64,000 nt of DNA from Thermodesulfobacteriota bacterium (GCA_028278025.1 JANQFE010000094.1:5484-69483); one strand, 5' to 3'; counted from the first letter of the stretch, positions 47,411 through 56,098 are shown. Made by a program: numbers and translations. The notes: generated by a model from the letters alone, not told the origin.

Positions 47411-47769
47411 TTGAGTATCTTCTTTGTATTTTTATAAAAGTCTAATGCAGTATCTTTTGTTATCTGTTTGGAGATCTCCGACATTTCATCTGGATATCTG
47501 GTTTCCAGATAATAAAAATTCAGTTTTGCAAGGAAAGCTTTCTGTTCTGTATCGATCTCGATTTTGGCAATGTTGATGAGTTTAATCAGGTCGTGAATTC
47601 TTGGCGGAAAATTATTTGTGTTCTGGACAACGAGCGCTTTAAGCAATTTCTCAACAGACTGCTGGCAAGTAAAAAGCACATAGAGATACCTGCCAGTTTC
47701 AAGCATAGCCTTGGCTGTGTCAAAATCATATTTTGATAAGTCGATCCAGTATGTTACGTCCTGATTCAT
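47386..47769 (-). CDS. HEPN domain protein
   Basis: FTCQQSVEKLLKALVV and YYLETRYPD resemble the HEPN (PF05168-type) helices. Overlaps the MNT gene by 25 nt. Confidence 0.8.
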   Translation of the reverse strand: MNQDVTYWIDLSKYDFDTAKAMLETGRYLYVLFTCQQSVEKLLKALVVQNTNNFPPRIHDLIKLINIAKIEIDTEQKAFLAKLNFYYLETRYPDEMSEISKQITKDTALDFYKNTKKILKWLKLKAL

Positions 47770-48070
47770 GGATTCATATAACGTTACATGGCTTACTATT
47801 ATTTAAGATTATCTAATGAATATCAAATATTATAATTGAAGTCAACATAGGCTATCAGCCGGATAAAAAAGGGACAAACTGAACCTCCCCCGGTTATTTC
47901 CGGTTTGGCTTATGGTAAGAGGGATATTGCTATTCTAATAGTAGCAAGGGTATATTGAAATAAAGTTTCACGGGCGGCATACGTTTTTGCTATGAACAGA
48001 AAGGTCAGGCGTACAAGCAGCAGATTTATTTTCTGCGCTGCTGGAAACGGTTTCGTCCCCAGCCAATACT

Positions 48071-49312
48071 TTAGGCTTTTTTCAGCACAAACCTGCTTAT
48101 CTCGCGAGGACAGTTGATGCGCACCGGCGGGCCCACAACTCCCAGCCCCTTATTTACGTAAAGATATGATTTGTGTTTGCGATACAGGCCGTAATCGTGC
48201 TGGTAGGCCATTTTTGCCAAAGACCACCCGTGTCCCCCCAGGGAAGGCATAATAAACTGACCGCCATGGGTATGCCCTGACAGGGTTAGCTGGATGCCGG
48301 AACGGGCAGCATGGTTAAATACATTCGGGCGGTGGCAAAGAAGAATTTTAAAACTTTTTTCAGGTAGGTCTGCAAGCGTTTGGTTCAAATAAGGGAAATC
48401 ATCATTTAAATACCAGCTTCCCCGTGCATCATCAATTCCAAGCAGATAGATGGGGTCCGTGGAATCCTGTCCGGCAATCCGGGTCCATCTGTTTCGCAGC
48501 ACACGGATACCGCCCTTATTCAGCCGGCTGCACAGCTCATCAACATCACAGTAAAAATCATGGTTGCCCAGAATGACAAACACCCCTGACGGAGCCTGAA
48601 TGCCGGAAAGAACATCAGCTGTCTCGCCTACATATGCATTACCCCAGTTAATAAGATCACCGGTAATCACTACGATGTCAGCACCTAACTTATTAATTAT
48701 TCCCACAAAGCCGGCCAGACGGTGCCCATCCATGAAGGGTCCGGTATGAATATCACTTATCTGTACAATCACAAAACCGTCCATGGCCTCGGGAAGATCG
48801 TTAAAAGAAAGGGTTTTCTCTTCAACCTTCAGCCTTTCTTTACCGATGTAGGCCCCGTAAAAAGAACAACCTGCTATCGGCAGTACAATGGTTGAAGTCG
48901 CAAACTTCATCAATGTGCGACGCTGTTCATCCACTCCGCCATGTTCTTTATTCGTACGGAGATCCTGACCCCTCAGTGCAGCCCGTATTCGGCTAAGAAG
49001 CTTTATAATAAGAAAAAGCACTCCGGATATAATAAAAAAAGGCGCCAGGACAAGGCATAAAAGCATATAGATAAAAAACGGATACATGAGGGCATACTCT
49101 ATCAAGGCTTTTACAGCCGGTGCAACCGCAGGCGGAGAAAAAAGAAACAGGTATGCACTGTTGAGCCCGGCAGCATAGATACACAGCAATAGCCGTCGGC
49201 GCGGGTTTTTACAGGGTTTAAAGGTACTAAAACAGCCCAGCCATGTTACCGTCTGCACGGCAAAGAAAAAGAGAAAAAAGCCGAGCAGCATGGGGATTGA
49301 CGGAGTATGCAT
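48071..49312 (-). CDS. membrane-anchored metallophosphoesterase
   Basis: Four or five N-terminal TM helices, then SDIHTG, TGDLINWG, GNHDF and GHTHGGQ calcineurin-like motifs. Confidence 0.8.
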   Translation of the reverse strand: MHTPSIPMLLGFFLFFFAVQTVTWLGCFSTFKPCKNPRRRLLLCIYAAGLNSAYLFLFSPPAVAPAVKALIEYALMYPFFIYMLLCLVLAPFFIISGVLFLIIKLLSRIRAALRGQDLRTNKEHGGVDEQRRTLMKFATSTIVLPIAGCSFYGAYIGKERLKVEEKTLSFNDLPEAMDGFVIVQISDIHTGPFMDGHRLAGFVGIINKLGADIVVITGDLINWGNAYVGETADVLSGIQAPSGVFVILGNHDFYCDVDELCSRLNKGGIRVLRNRWTRIAGQDSTDPIYLLGIDDARGSWYLNDDFPYLNQTLADLPEKSFKILLCHRPNVFNHAARSGIQLTLSGHTHGGQFIMPSLGGHGWSLAKMAYQHDYGLYRKHKSYLYVNKGLGVVGPPVRINCPREISRFVLKKA

Positions 49313-49373
49313 GATGCATGCTTACATGAATAAAGTATTCAACTGGCAACGGACCACTAACGATTGACAAAAC

Positions 49374-49407
49374 AAAAAAAGGGGCAGGTTTTAAAAAACC
49401 ATACCCC
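49374..49407 (-). terminator. probable rho-independent terminator of the redox operon
   Basis: On the - strand: GGGG-TAT-GGTTTT..AAAACC-TG-CCCC hairpin followed by T7, about 40 nt after the stop at 49449. Confidence 0.45.
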
Positions 49408-49448
49408 TCATACTGTATATAACAGCTCTGGAATGGGAGTGCAAGGTA

Positions 49449-50780
49449 CTACGACATACTGTCACTGAGTGTCTTGGACTGCTGCTTGGTGATCTTTTCC
49501 CAGATTTCAGGACGCTCATTTTGGATGCGCTCATCATTTTTGTGAATCTCACGCCACAGCATACGCGGAGAGTCATACTGGCTCCAGCTTCCGTTCATGG
49601 TAACACCGTCAAGCAGTGAAAACAGATAGACGACTTCTTCATCAGTATAATAGGGAATCAGAGCATAGCCGCTGGTAACCTGCATCATTCCGTCGTCGTT
49701 GAACTCAAAAGTCTCAAGCCAGGTCTTGGTATATTCTTCAAAGCCGGGTTTGCCGTCAAGCTCCTTCACAAGCGCATCTGCAGCCCAATACCCGCAGTTG
49801 AGCGCCCCCTGGGCCTGGGTCTCAACAAATGCTGCTGCATCTCCCACCATCAGGCAGTTGCCCTTGTAGGGCTTTTTCATGGGTGAATATGCTTTGGTGG
49901 TACAGCAATGGGATTGCTCGATTTTGGCATTTTCAAACATATAGGCTACCGGGCTTTTCTTGGTAAAAAACTCATACAAAGCCCAGGGCATCTGTTTGGG
50001 GTGACCGATAAGGATTACGTCAGCCCATTCAAAATGCCCTGCAGGTCCGGTCCCCAGCAGCGGGGCAAAATTTGATCCGTAGCAAAGGCCCCAATACCCG
50101 CACCATTCTGCCGGGTTGTAATCTTTTACATTTGACATATACAGGGCCAGGCACAAAGCCGAAGCAAAATAAACACGTCCTTCGTTCATGCCAAGCGACT
50201 GGGCAACCTGGGCAGTGGCACCGTCTGCACCAATCATCTTTTTGGCCTGTATCTTAAACTTTTTACCTTTACTCACACATTTGAGTTCTACTCCCTGGGC
50301 AGTATCGATAGCCTGGTAGCAGGTTGTTTCATTCAGGTACTCAACGCCAAGCGCCAAAACCTCATCAAGAATCTGCTTGAGCAACCCGGCCTTATCATAT
50401 TTCCAGGCAAACGGCCGCTTGTCGGGCCAGGCATAATGAGCATGGTGTGCACGATCGGCAGAGTAATAGAATTTATCCCGCACCGGGCAGAGCGGACCCT
50501 TGTAGTCTACTTCCCAGCCAAATTTTGTAGATTTGATCTTGTTACGGCTGTTCGGGCCGATGAATCCATCCGGTCCGATTTCCTCACCGGTCTGCACCAC
50601 GATCGTATCTCCATTGTAGTTTTCATCCAGGATAATATGTTCGCTGCAGTAGCGGGTCATTTTGGAGATATCCTTGCGTTTTTCTATGATAAGCACTTTA
50701 AGCCCTTTTTTGGCGGCCCATTTTGCCGTATGCAGTCCGCCGGGGCCGGCTCCAACTATGGCTACATCATAAACAGACAT
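49449..50780 (-). CDS. FAD-dependent oxidoreductase (geranylgeranyl-reductase/FixC-like fold)
   Basis: YDVAIVGAGPGGLHTAKWAAKKGLKVLIIEKR dinucleotide fold and later GDAAAF. AAGGAGGAAACA RBS. Confidence 0.7.
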   Translation of the reverse strand: MSVYDVAIVGAGPGGLHTAKWAAKKGLKVLIIEKRKDISKMTRYCSEHIILDENYNGDTIVVQTGEEIGPDGFIGPNSRNKIKSTKFGWEVDYKGPLCPVRDKFYYSADRAHHAHYAWPDKRPFAWKYDKAGLLKQILDEVLALGVEYLNETTCYQAIDTAQGVELKCVSKGKKFKIQAKKMIGADGATAQVAQSLGMNEGRVYFASALCLALYMSNVKDYNPAEWCGYWGLCYGSNFAPLLGTGPAGHFEWADVILIGHPKQMPWALYEFFTKKSPVAYMFENAKIEQSHCCTTKAYSPMKKPYKGNCLMVGDAAAFVETQAQGALNCGYWAADALVKELDGKPGFEEYTKTWLETFEFNDDGMMQVTSGYALIPYYTDEEVVYLFSLLDGVTMNGSWSQYDSPRMLWREIHKNDERIQNERPEIWEKITKQQSKTLSDSMS

Positions 50781-50809
50781 GTCTGTTTCCTCCTTACATT
50801 GGTATGTTA

Positions 50810-51748
50810 TCAGCTAATTGCTCCAACCGGGCAATAAATTTCACAGGTATGGCAGGCCATACAGTTCTGAGGGTACACCTTTGACTTTTTATCATAACCG
50901 CCCCTGTCATCCAGTTCCAGCGCACCGACCGGACAGTTTTCCATACAGGAACCGCACCCCAGGCATTCATCTTCATCAATAACCGGATACTGGCGGCAGG
51001 AAGGACACAGATTAAAAAACTGCGGCAAACTATGAAACTCCTTCGACAGTTTATCCAGATGGGGCACCGGGGCATAGGGATTGCCGCACTTCGTACATTC
51101 CTGTAGCTTGTATTCAACCTGCCAGTTCAAAATTTCTCTTTTGGGCCCTTCCTGCTCACACCCTTCAGGCGTGCATAACGCTGAAGTTTCAAGGTCATTC
51201 TTCTTGATAATTCCGGTGGGGCATACAAATGCACATGAACCGCAGGCAATACAGTCCTCAGCTGACCGGTGAAAGGGACTGTCAACCACTTTCTCGGTAC
51301 CGTTACCGGCAAACTGGATTGCACCGGCCCCTACAACTTCATTACAGACTCGTACGCACAGTCCGCATAAAATGCAGTATTCATTCTCTTTGCGCCATGC
51401 AAAAGCACTGTCGGCAATGCCGTATTCCCGGGCCAACTGCTGGACGATTTTCACATTGGGGCAGCGGTTCAGCAGCAGCTCGATCACCAGCTTCCGGCCC
51501 TCAATAACCTGGGCAGTGTCTGTTTTAACAACAAGGCCTTCCTCAACCGGACAAGTGCATGATCCCTCGATAGTGCTTCTGCCGTTTTTGGTAATTTCAA
51601 CAAGACATAAGCGGCAGGCTCCGTAGCCTTCCAGAGCATCGTTGGAACAGAGTGTCGGTATGTCCACCCCATTGACTCGTGCTGCTTCAAGTACGGTTGA
51701 GCCCTCTACTGCTTTTACTTTCTTGCCATTGATTGTTAGTTTTACCAT
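50810..51748 (-). CDS. NuoG-N-terminal-like [2Fe-2S]/[4Fe-4S] protein with an extra C-terminal 2x[4Fe-4S] ferredoxin
   Basis: MVKLTINGKKV...CRLCLVE (2Fe-2S), CILCGLCVRVC, CIACGSCAFVCP, CLGCGSCMENCP, CMACHTCEIYCP. ATG 51748 follows AGAGGGAA. Confidence 0.8.
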   Translation of the reverse strand: MVKLTINGKKVKAVEGSTVLEAARVNGVDIPTLCSNDALEGYGACRLCLVEITKNGRSTIEGSCTCPVEEGLVVKTDTAQVIEGRKLVIELLLNRCPNVKIVQQLAREYGIADSAFAWRKENEYCILCGLCVRVCNEVVGAGAIQFAGNGTEKVVDSPFHRSAEDCIACGSCAFVCPTGIIKKNDLETSALCTPEGCEQEGPKREILNWQVEYKLQECTKCGNPYAPVPHLDKLSKEFHSLPQFFNLCPSCRQYPVIDEDECLGCGSCMENCPVGALELDDRGGYDKKSKVYPQNCMACHTCEIYCPVGAIS

Positions 51749-51799
51749 AAGTCCATTCCCTCTATTTCTCATTCTGAATTATTGCTCCATATTGCTTTG

Positions 51800-53794
51800 C
51801 TAATTTATTCTCTTAATCATCCGCTTTTCCAGCTCTTTGGGAAAATGCTTCATGACAGATAGAATCGGAGCTGCAGCAGTTTTGCCAAGCGCACAGAAGG
51901 AGGCATCATTCATTGCTTTGCCCATACGCGCAACCAGGCTTACCTGGTCCGGGGTGCCGCGGCCCTCAGCAATGGTAGTAATAATTTCACCAAGTTGCTT
52001 AACACCTTCCCGGCAGGGGGTACACTTGCCGCAGGATTCTTCCAGGAAAAACTGAGTGAGAAATTTGGCCATATCAACCACATCACCATCCTCATCCATT
52101 ACCAGCAGTCCGCCTGAGCCCAGCAGGCTGCCGGCCTTGGTAAGAGACTCATAATCAAGCTTGATTTTGAGAGATTTTGCAGGCAGCAGCCCCCCGGAGG
52201 GACCACCGGTCTGAAAAGCCTTTACCTTTTTTCCGCTGGCAGTGCCCTTACCGAATGTTTTGATGATATCTTCAACCTTAGTACCAAGGGGTACTTCTAC
52301 CCAGCAGATCTGGGCAACATTGCCGGAAAGCGCCACGATTTTTGTGCCTTTGCTTGCGGGAGTCCCAATGCCGGCGAACCATTTCCCGCCGTGCATGACG
52401 ATCAGCGGTATGTTAGCCAGTGTTTCAAGATTATTTATCACGGTTGGTTTGCCGAAAAGACCCTTTTCAACAGGCAGAGGCGGACGGGGACGGGGCTCAC
52501 CAAAAGATCCTTCCAAAGAATTAAGCAAGGCGGTTTCCTCACCACAAATATAAGCACCGCCACCACGCTTGACCTTCAAGGTAAAGGAAAATCCCGACCC
52601 CATAATGTTTTTACCAAGCAGACCCATCTGCTGTGCTTGTTGAATGCCGGTCTCAACCCGCTCAATGGCCAGCAGGTAGCGGTCGTTAAGATATATATAG
52701 CCTTCCTGCGCACCAATGGCATAACCGGCTATGATCATGCCTTCAATAACTGCATGGGGGTCCGATTCAATAAAACTTTTATGCAGCCCGATCTCGGGGT
52801 CGCCCTCACTGCCGTTGCAGACAATATATTTCTCATTATCTTCGGCTTTGCTGCAAGCTTCCCACTTGATACCGGTAGGAAACCCGGCGCCGCCCCGGCC
52901 TCTCAGTTTTGAAGTTTTGACTTCCTGGATAACCTGCCGGGGTGTCATGGAGGTTAAAGCCTTTGCAAGGGCTGTATACCCCCCCAGGGCAATATATTCT
53001 TCAATACGCTCAGGGCTGATAGTACCGGCATTTCTGGTAAGCAGCTTCTTTTGTTTCTTGAAAAAATCTATCTTGCTGTACTCCTTAACACCGGAAGCCG
53101 TTTTGGGCAGCTTGCCTTTGCTGTATTTTATGGGCTCAATACACACAGCCGGTTTTTGTTCATCGTGGCGCATTATCACCAGGTCATCTACTATCTTGCC
53201 GTTTTTAAGGGCCGTAACAATATCCGCAGCACGGTTACTATCTGCATTGCCATAGGTAATGCGGGGTTTGCCGGCCCGGATCACATCTACGATAGGCTCG
53301 GCATAGCTCATACCGTTACTGCCGACCATGACAACATCTGCTTTGATTTTTTGCTTTTTCAGTTCCTGTTCCAGGGCTGCCGCAACACTTTCTGATCCTC
53401 TGGCAAGTCCACAGGATGCCGCTCCAACCGTGATACGGATTTTTTCGGAACACAGCAGCTGCAAACCAAGTTTTTTGATCTTTGCGAGGTCATCAGCTTT
53501 TTTTACTTTGCCCATCACTTTCCACTGCTTTTTGGTGCGTTTGGATGCAGCCTGTGCGGACGAGTCTTGCTTATCAATGCCCAGGGCTGCCATAAGCACG
53601 CTGCGCTGCGGCTCCGGTAAATCCTCAGAGACAAATTTCTCCACAATTTTCTTACTGATCTTCTTTCCGGCTGCCTTACCGGCAAGCATCTCCAATATCT
53701 TCGGCCTCATTCCCTCACGCATCCCTTCAGGAACTGCAGCCATTACCTTGTCAAATGCTTTCTGTCCATCTGGTAACCATTTTATATCTGCCAT
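51800..53794 (-). CDS. NuoF-like NAD(P)H/FMN subunit with an N-terminal PCP_red-like module and a thioredoxin-like domain
   Basis: GRGGAGFPTGIKWE, YICGEETALLNSLEG and ESCGKCTPCREG. N-terminus MADIKWLPDGQKAFDKVMAAVPEGMR. Confidence 0.85.
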   Translation of the reverse strand: MADIKWLPDGQKAFDKVMAAVPEGMREGMRPKILEMLAGKAAGKKISKKIVEKFVSEDLPEPQRSVLMAALGIDKQDSSAQAASKRTKKQWKVMGKVKKADDLAKIKKLGLQLLCSEKIRITVGAASCGLARGSESVAAALEQELKKQKIKADVVMVGSNGMSYAEPIVDVIRAGKPRITYGNADSNRAADIVTALKNGKIVDDLVIMRHDEQKPAVCIEPIKYSKGKLPKTASGVKEYSKIDFFKKQKKLLTRNAGTISPERIEEYIALGGYTALAKALTSMTPRQVIQEVKTSKLRGRGGAGFPTGIKWEACSKAEDNEKYIVCNGSEGDPEIGLHKSFIESDPHAVIEGMIIAGYAIGAQEGYIYLNDRYLLAIERVETGIQQAQQMGLLGKNIMGSGFSFTLKVKRGGGAYICGEETALLNSLEGSFGEPRPRPPLPVEKGLFGKPTVINNLETLANIPLIVMHGGKWFAGIGTPASKGTKIVALSGNVAQICWVEVPLGTKVEDIIKTFGKGTASGKKVKAFQTGGPSGGLLPAKSLKIKLDYESLTKAGSLLGSGGLLVMDEDGDVVDMAKFLTQFFLEESCGKCTPCREGVKQLGEIITTIAEGRGTPDQVSLVARMGKAMNDASFCALGKTAAAPILSVMKHFPKELEKRMIKRIN

Positions 53795-53820
53795 CTTCCC
53801 TTCTCCTTTCAGGGATTAAA

Positions 53821-54744
53821 TCATTCGTTGAAGATTGCTTCTAATTTAGCTTGTGCCTGTACTCCGGAATAAATCTCTCCATCTATCATTATTGCAGGAT
53901 CCATGTTGGGGCATCCAAGATCACGGGCTGTCTCTAGTGTGATATCAGCTCCTGTTTCGGCAATTTTAGTCTTTATCTGTTCCAGCAGGGCACCGCCACC
54001 TCGTGCATGTGCACCGGTAGAGGTGCATACCGTGACGATATGTTTGTTTGGTTTTTCAAGTCTAAAGGCTGCATAGGAGGTAATCAGACGATAAAGAGTG
54101 CTCTGGAATATATTCTTTTGCTGGCTGATAAGCACCAGGGCTTCACGGGGCACATAGCCGAACTCTTCCTGGACCGCATGCAGAATGCCGATTACGGTTT
54201 CCTGGCCTCCCGGGGTATTTGCCAGAATTTCTTCGACTTTGGTCAAGTCAACCCCGCCCATAGTTGCAAAAGCCTTGAGTATATTGGTTTTAAAAGGATC
54301 TGGCACTATTTCCTTGACAATTGCCGTAATGTGTTCTTCCTTAATGGGGCCGCCCTGGGCCTTCTCATTAGCGATGGTCATGAGTTTGCCGCGAAAAACT
54401 TCCCGCATCATTTCAGGAACTTCCTGAAGCATGCGCTCAAACATGGTCTCGCTGTTGCCTTCCCATCCGGCAGCAGCAGGGGCAGGTGCAGGTGCAGCAG
54501 CCTGCTTGTCGCCACCTTCAGCCTTCATACCCAGGGCTGCCATCAGAGCGCTGCGCTGCGGTTCCGGCAGGTCTTCTTTAACCCATGTTTTAACAAGCTC
54601 TGCATCGACCGGCTGACCGGCGGCTTTGCCTGCAAGCATTTCCAGCAGTTTCGGCTTAATAGCGTCCCGCATGGCCTCCGGCACTGCCTGCATCACTTTG
54701 TCAAATGTCTTCTGTCCATCTGGTAACCATTTTATATCTGCCAT
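53821..54744 (-). CDS. NuoE-like thioredoxin-fold subunit with two N-terminal PCP_red-like modules
   Basis: C-terminal half LHAVQEEFGYVPREAL...HIVTVCTSTGAH...LGCPNMDPAIMIDGE resembles NuoE/HoxE. N-terminus MADIKWLPDGQKTFDKVMQAVPEAMR. Confidence 0.7.
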   Translation of the reverse strand: MADIKWLPDGQKTFDKVMQAVPEAMRDAIKPKLLEMLAGKAAGQPVDAELVKTWVKEDLPEPQRSALMAALGMKAEGGDKQAAAPAPAPAAAGWEGNSETMFERMLQEVPEMMREVFRGKLMTIANEKAQGGPIKEEHITAIVKEIVPDPFKTNILKAFATMGGVDLTKVEEILANTPGGQETVIGILHAVQEEFGYVPREALVLISQQKNIFQSTLYRLITSYAAFRLEKPNKHIVTVCTSTGAHARGGGALLEQIKTKIAETGADITLETARDLGCPNMDPAIMIDGEIYSGVQAQAKLEAIFNE

Positions 54745-54846
54745 CTTCCCTTCTCCTTTCAGGGATTACCTAGTGTGTTAACTAAATAAGCCTTATACGC
54801 ACCTATTCTCTACAGGATACTGCCTGTTCTGCAAACTGTTTGCAGC

Positions 54847-55569
54847 TCAATAGACCGCTCCCGTTGTTTCATAGGTATAGGCAATCCCGCTCTGAATATT
54901 TTCAAGCAGTTTGCCGTATTCTTTTTCAACCTGTTTACCTGCTGCTGCGAGCTGCTTTTCAGTAGCTTTGGCAAATCTTGCCTGTGCCGACAGATACTCT
55001 GAGAGCGGCCTTGGTTTGAGGGTCTTAACCGTCATGTTGTAAAAACCGGCGGCAACCTCATATAAAGGAAATGCCAGCGATTCGACTGCCCAGAAGCCGA
55101 CCTTAACCGTGTCCTCAGTCTTATACTGCCATGCTGACGGGCAGGGACACAGAATGTGAAGGTAAGCATTGCCCTGCGATTCGAGGGCTCGCTGCACCTT
55201 TTCAAAAAGATCAAACGGATAGCTGGGACACGCCGTGGCAACGTATTGAAATCCTTCAGCAACCGCAATACCGGGCAGTGTCTTCTTTACAGCACTATCC
55301 AGGCTGTTTTCAGGCTCATCATCAAGGCAAATGATAGTTGTCTGTTTGCCCTGCTTTAACTTTAAAAAAGCTGCATCTGAGGTAACACCAAAAAGCTCTG
55401 CTGCCGATTGCCGCTCACAAACAGCCTTGTGCAGCAGGCCCTCTGCTGCTTTTCCAACCAGCCTTACCGCAAGCGAAACACCGCACCCGATACAAGTCTG
55501 ATTGTGCTTGGGGTCGAAAAACTCTTCACGTGGTAAAAAATTTGGCACATATAAACTGAATTTATCCAT
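54847..55569 (-). CDS. pyruvate/2-oxoacid:ferredoxin oxidoreductase beta-subunit-like protein, TPP motif not evident
   Basis: CIGCGVSLAVRL near the N-terminus. YVATACPSYPFDL, LHILCPCPSAWQY and FPLYEV match PorB landmarks. No GDG...N TPP motif is seen. Confidence 0.65.
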   Translation of the reverse strand: MDKFSLYVPNFLPREEFFDPKHNQTCIGCGVSLAVRLVGKAAEGLLHKAVCERQSAAELFGVTSDAAFLKLKQGKQTTIICLDDEPENSLDSAVKKTLPGIAVAEGFQYVATACPSYPFDLFEKVQRALESQGNAYLHILCPCPSAWQYKTEDTVKVGFWAVESLAFPLYEVAAGFYNMTVKTLKPRPLSEYLSAQARFAKATEKQLAAAGKQVEKEYGKLLENIQSGIAYTYETTGAVY

Positions 55570-55572
55570 GCT

Positions 55573-55854
55573 TTATCCCTCCTCAACCATACTAATAACA
55601 CCGAACCAGCATTCACGATGACAAATTCCGCAACCGCTGCACCGCTTCTGATTAACATCAAAAAACCCGTCATCAAGCCTCTCAACGGCTCCATGAGGGC
55701 AATACACATAACAAATTCCACAGCGAATACACCGGTCCTTATCCCATTCCGGCCTTGCCGCTATAGGGTCGCCCTGTTTGAACGCCTTTGCAGTGCCGTT
55801 TGCAACCGCCGAGCACTGTATAATCTTTTTTGAAACTTTTGCAGTTGCTTCCAA
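55573..55854 (-). CDS. PorD-like 2x[4Fe-4S] ferredoxin subunit
   Basis: TTG start after GAAAGGAGAAGGG. CIRCGICYVYCP and CSGCGICHRECW. Confidence 0.8.
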   Translation of the reverse strand: MEATAKVSKKIIQCSAVANGTAKAFKQGDPIAARPEWDKDRCIRCGICYVYCPHGAVERLDDGFFDVNQKRCSGCGICHRECWFGVISMVEEG

Positions 55855-55927
55855 AACCCTTCTCCTTTCCCTAACAAAAAAATTTGGCCACAGTTAATAA
55901 TGCCAACAAAAAAGGTAAAATAAAAAA

Positions 55928-56098
55928 TTACACTTCTTCGGGGGCTTTCATGGGGCACACTTTTACACAGGTCTGGCACTCCAGGCAGAGGTGGTTATCA
56001 ATAAATGCGCGGTCTTTGACAAAGCGAATAGCTGTTCTGGGACAAAGATCAACGCATCCACCACAACCGACACACTTTTCTCTGTCAATTCTTATCAT
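55928..56098 (-). CDS. small 2x[4Fe-4S] ferredoxin (56 aa, below the ORF-track cutoff)
   Basis: Hand translation: MIRIDREKCVGCGGCVDLCPRTAIRFVKDRAFIDNHLCLECQTCVKVCPMKAPEEV, ending at TAA. AAGGAGG lies 7 nt upstream of the ATG. Confidence 0.75.
   Translation of the reverse strand: MIRIDREKCVGCGGCVDLCPRTAIRFVKDRAFIDNHLCLECQTCVKVCPMKAPEEV

Larger units (their letters stand above)
42079..47900. other. AT-rich defence islet (two R-M modules plus HEPN-MNT), no recombinase seen
   Basis: Base composition is visibly AT-richer than both flanks. The content is entirely defence or toxin-antitoxin genes. The intergenic repeats are listed separately. Confidence 0.5.

Noticed and set aside
54007-54726. A 239-aa + strand ORF antisense to the NuoE-like gene, and similar antisense ORFs across 51837-53819.
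   Set aside because: These are shadow frames of well-supported - strand Fe-S/flavoprotein genes. They carry no motifs.
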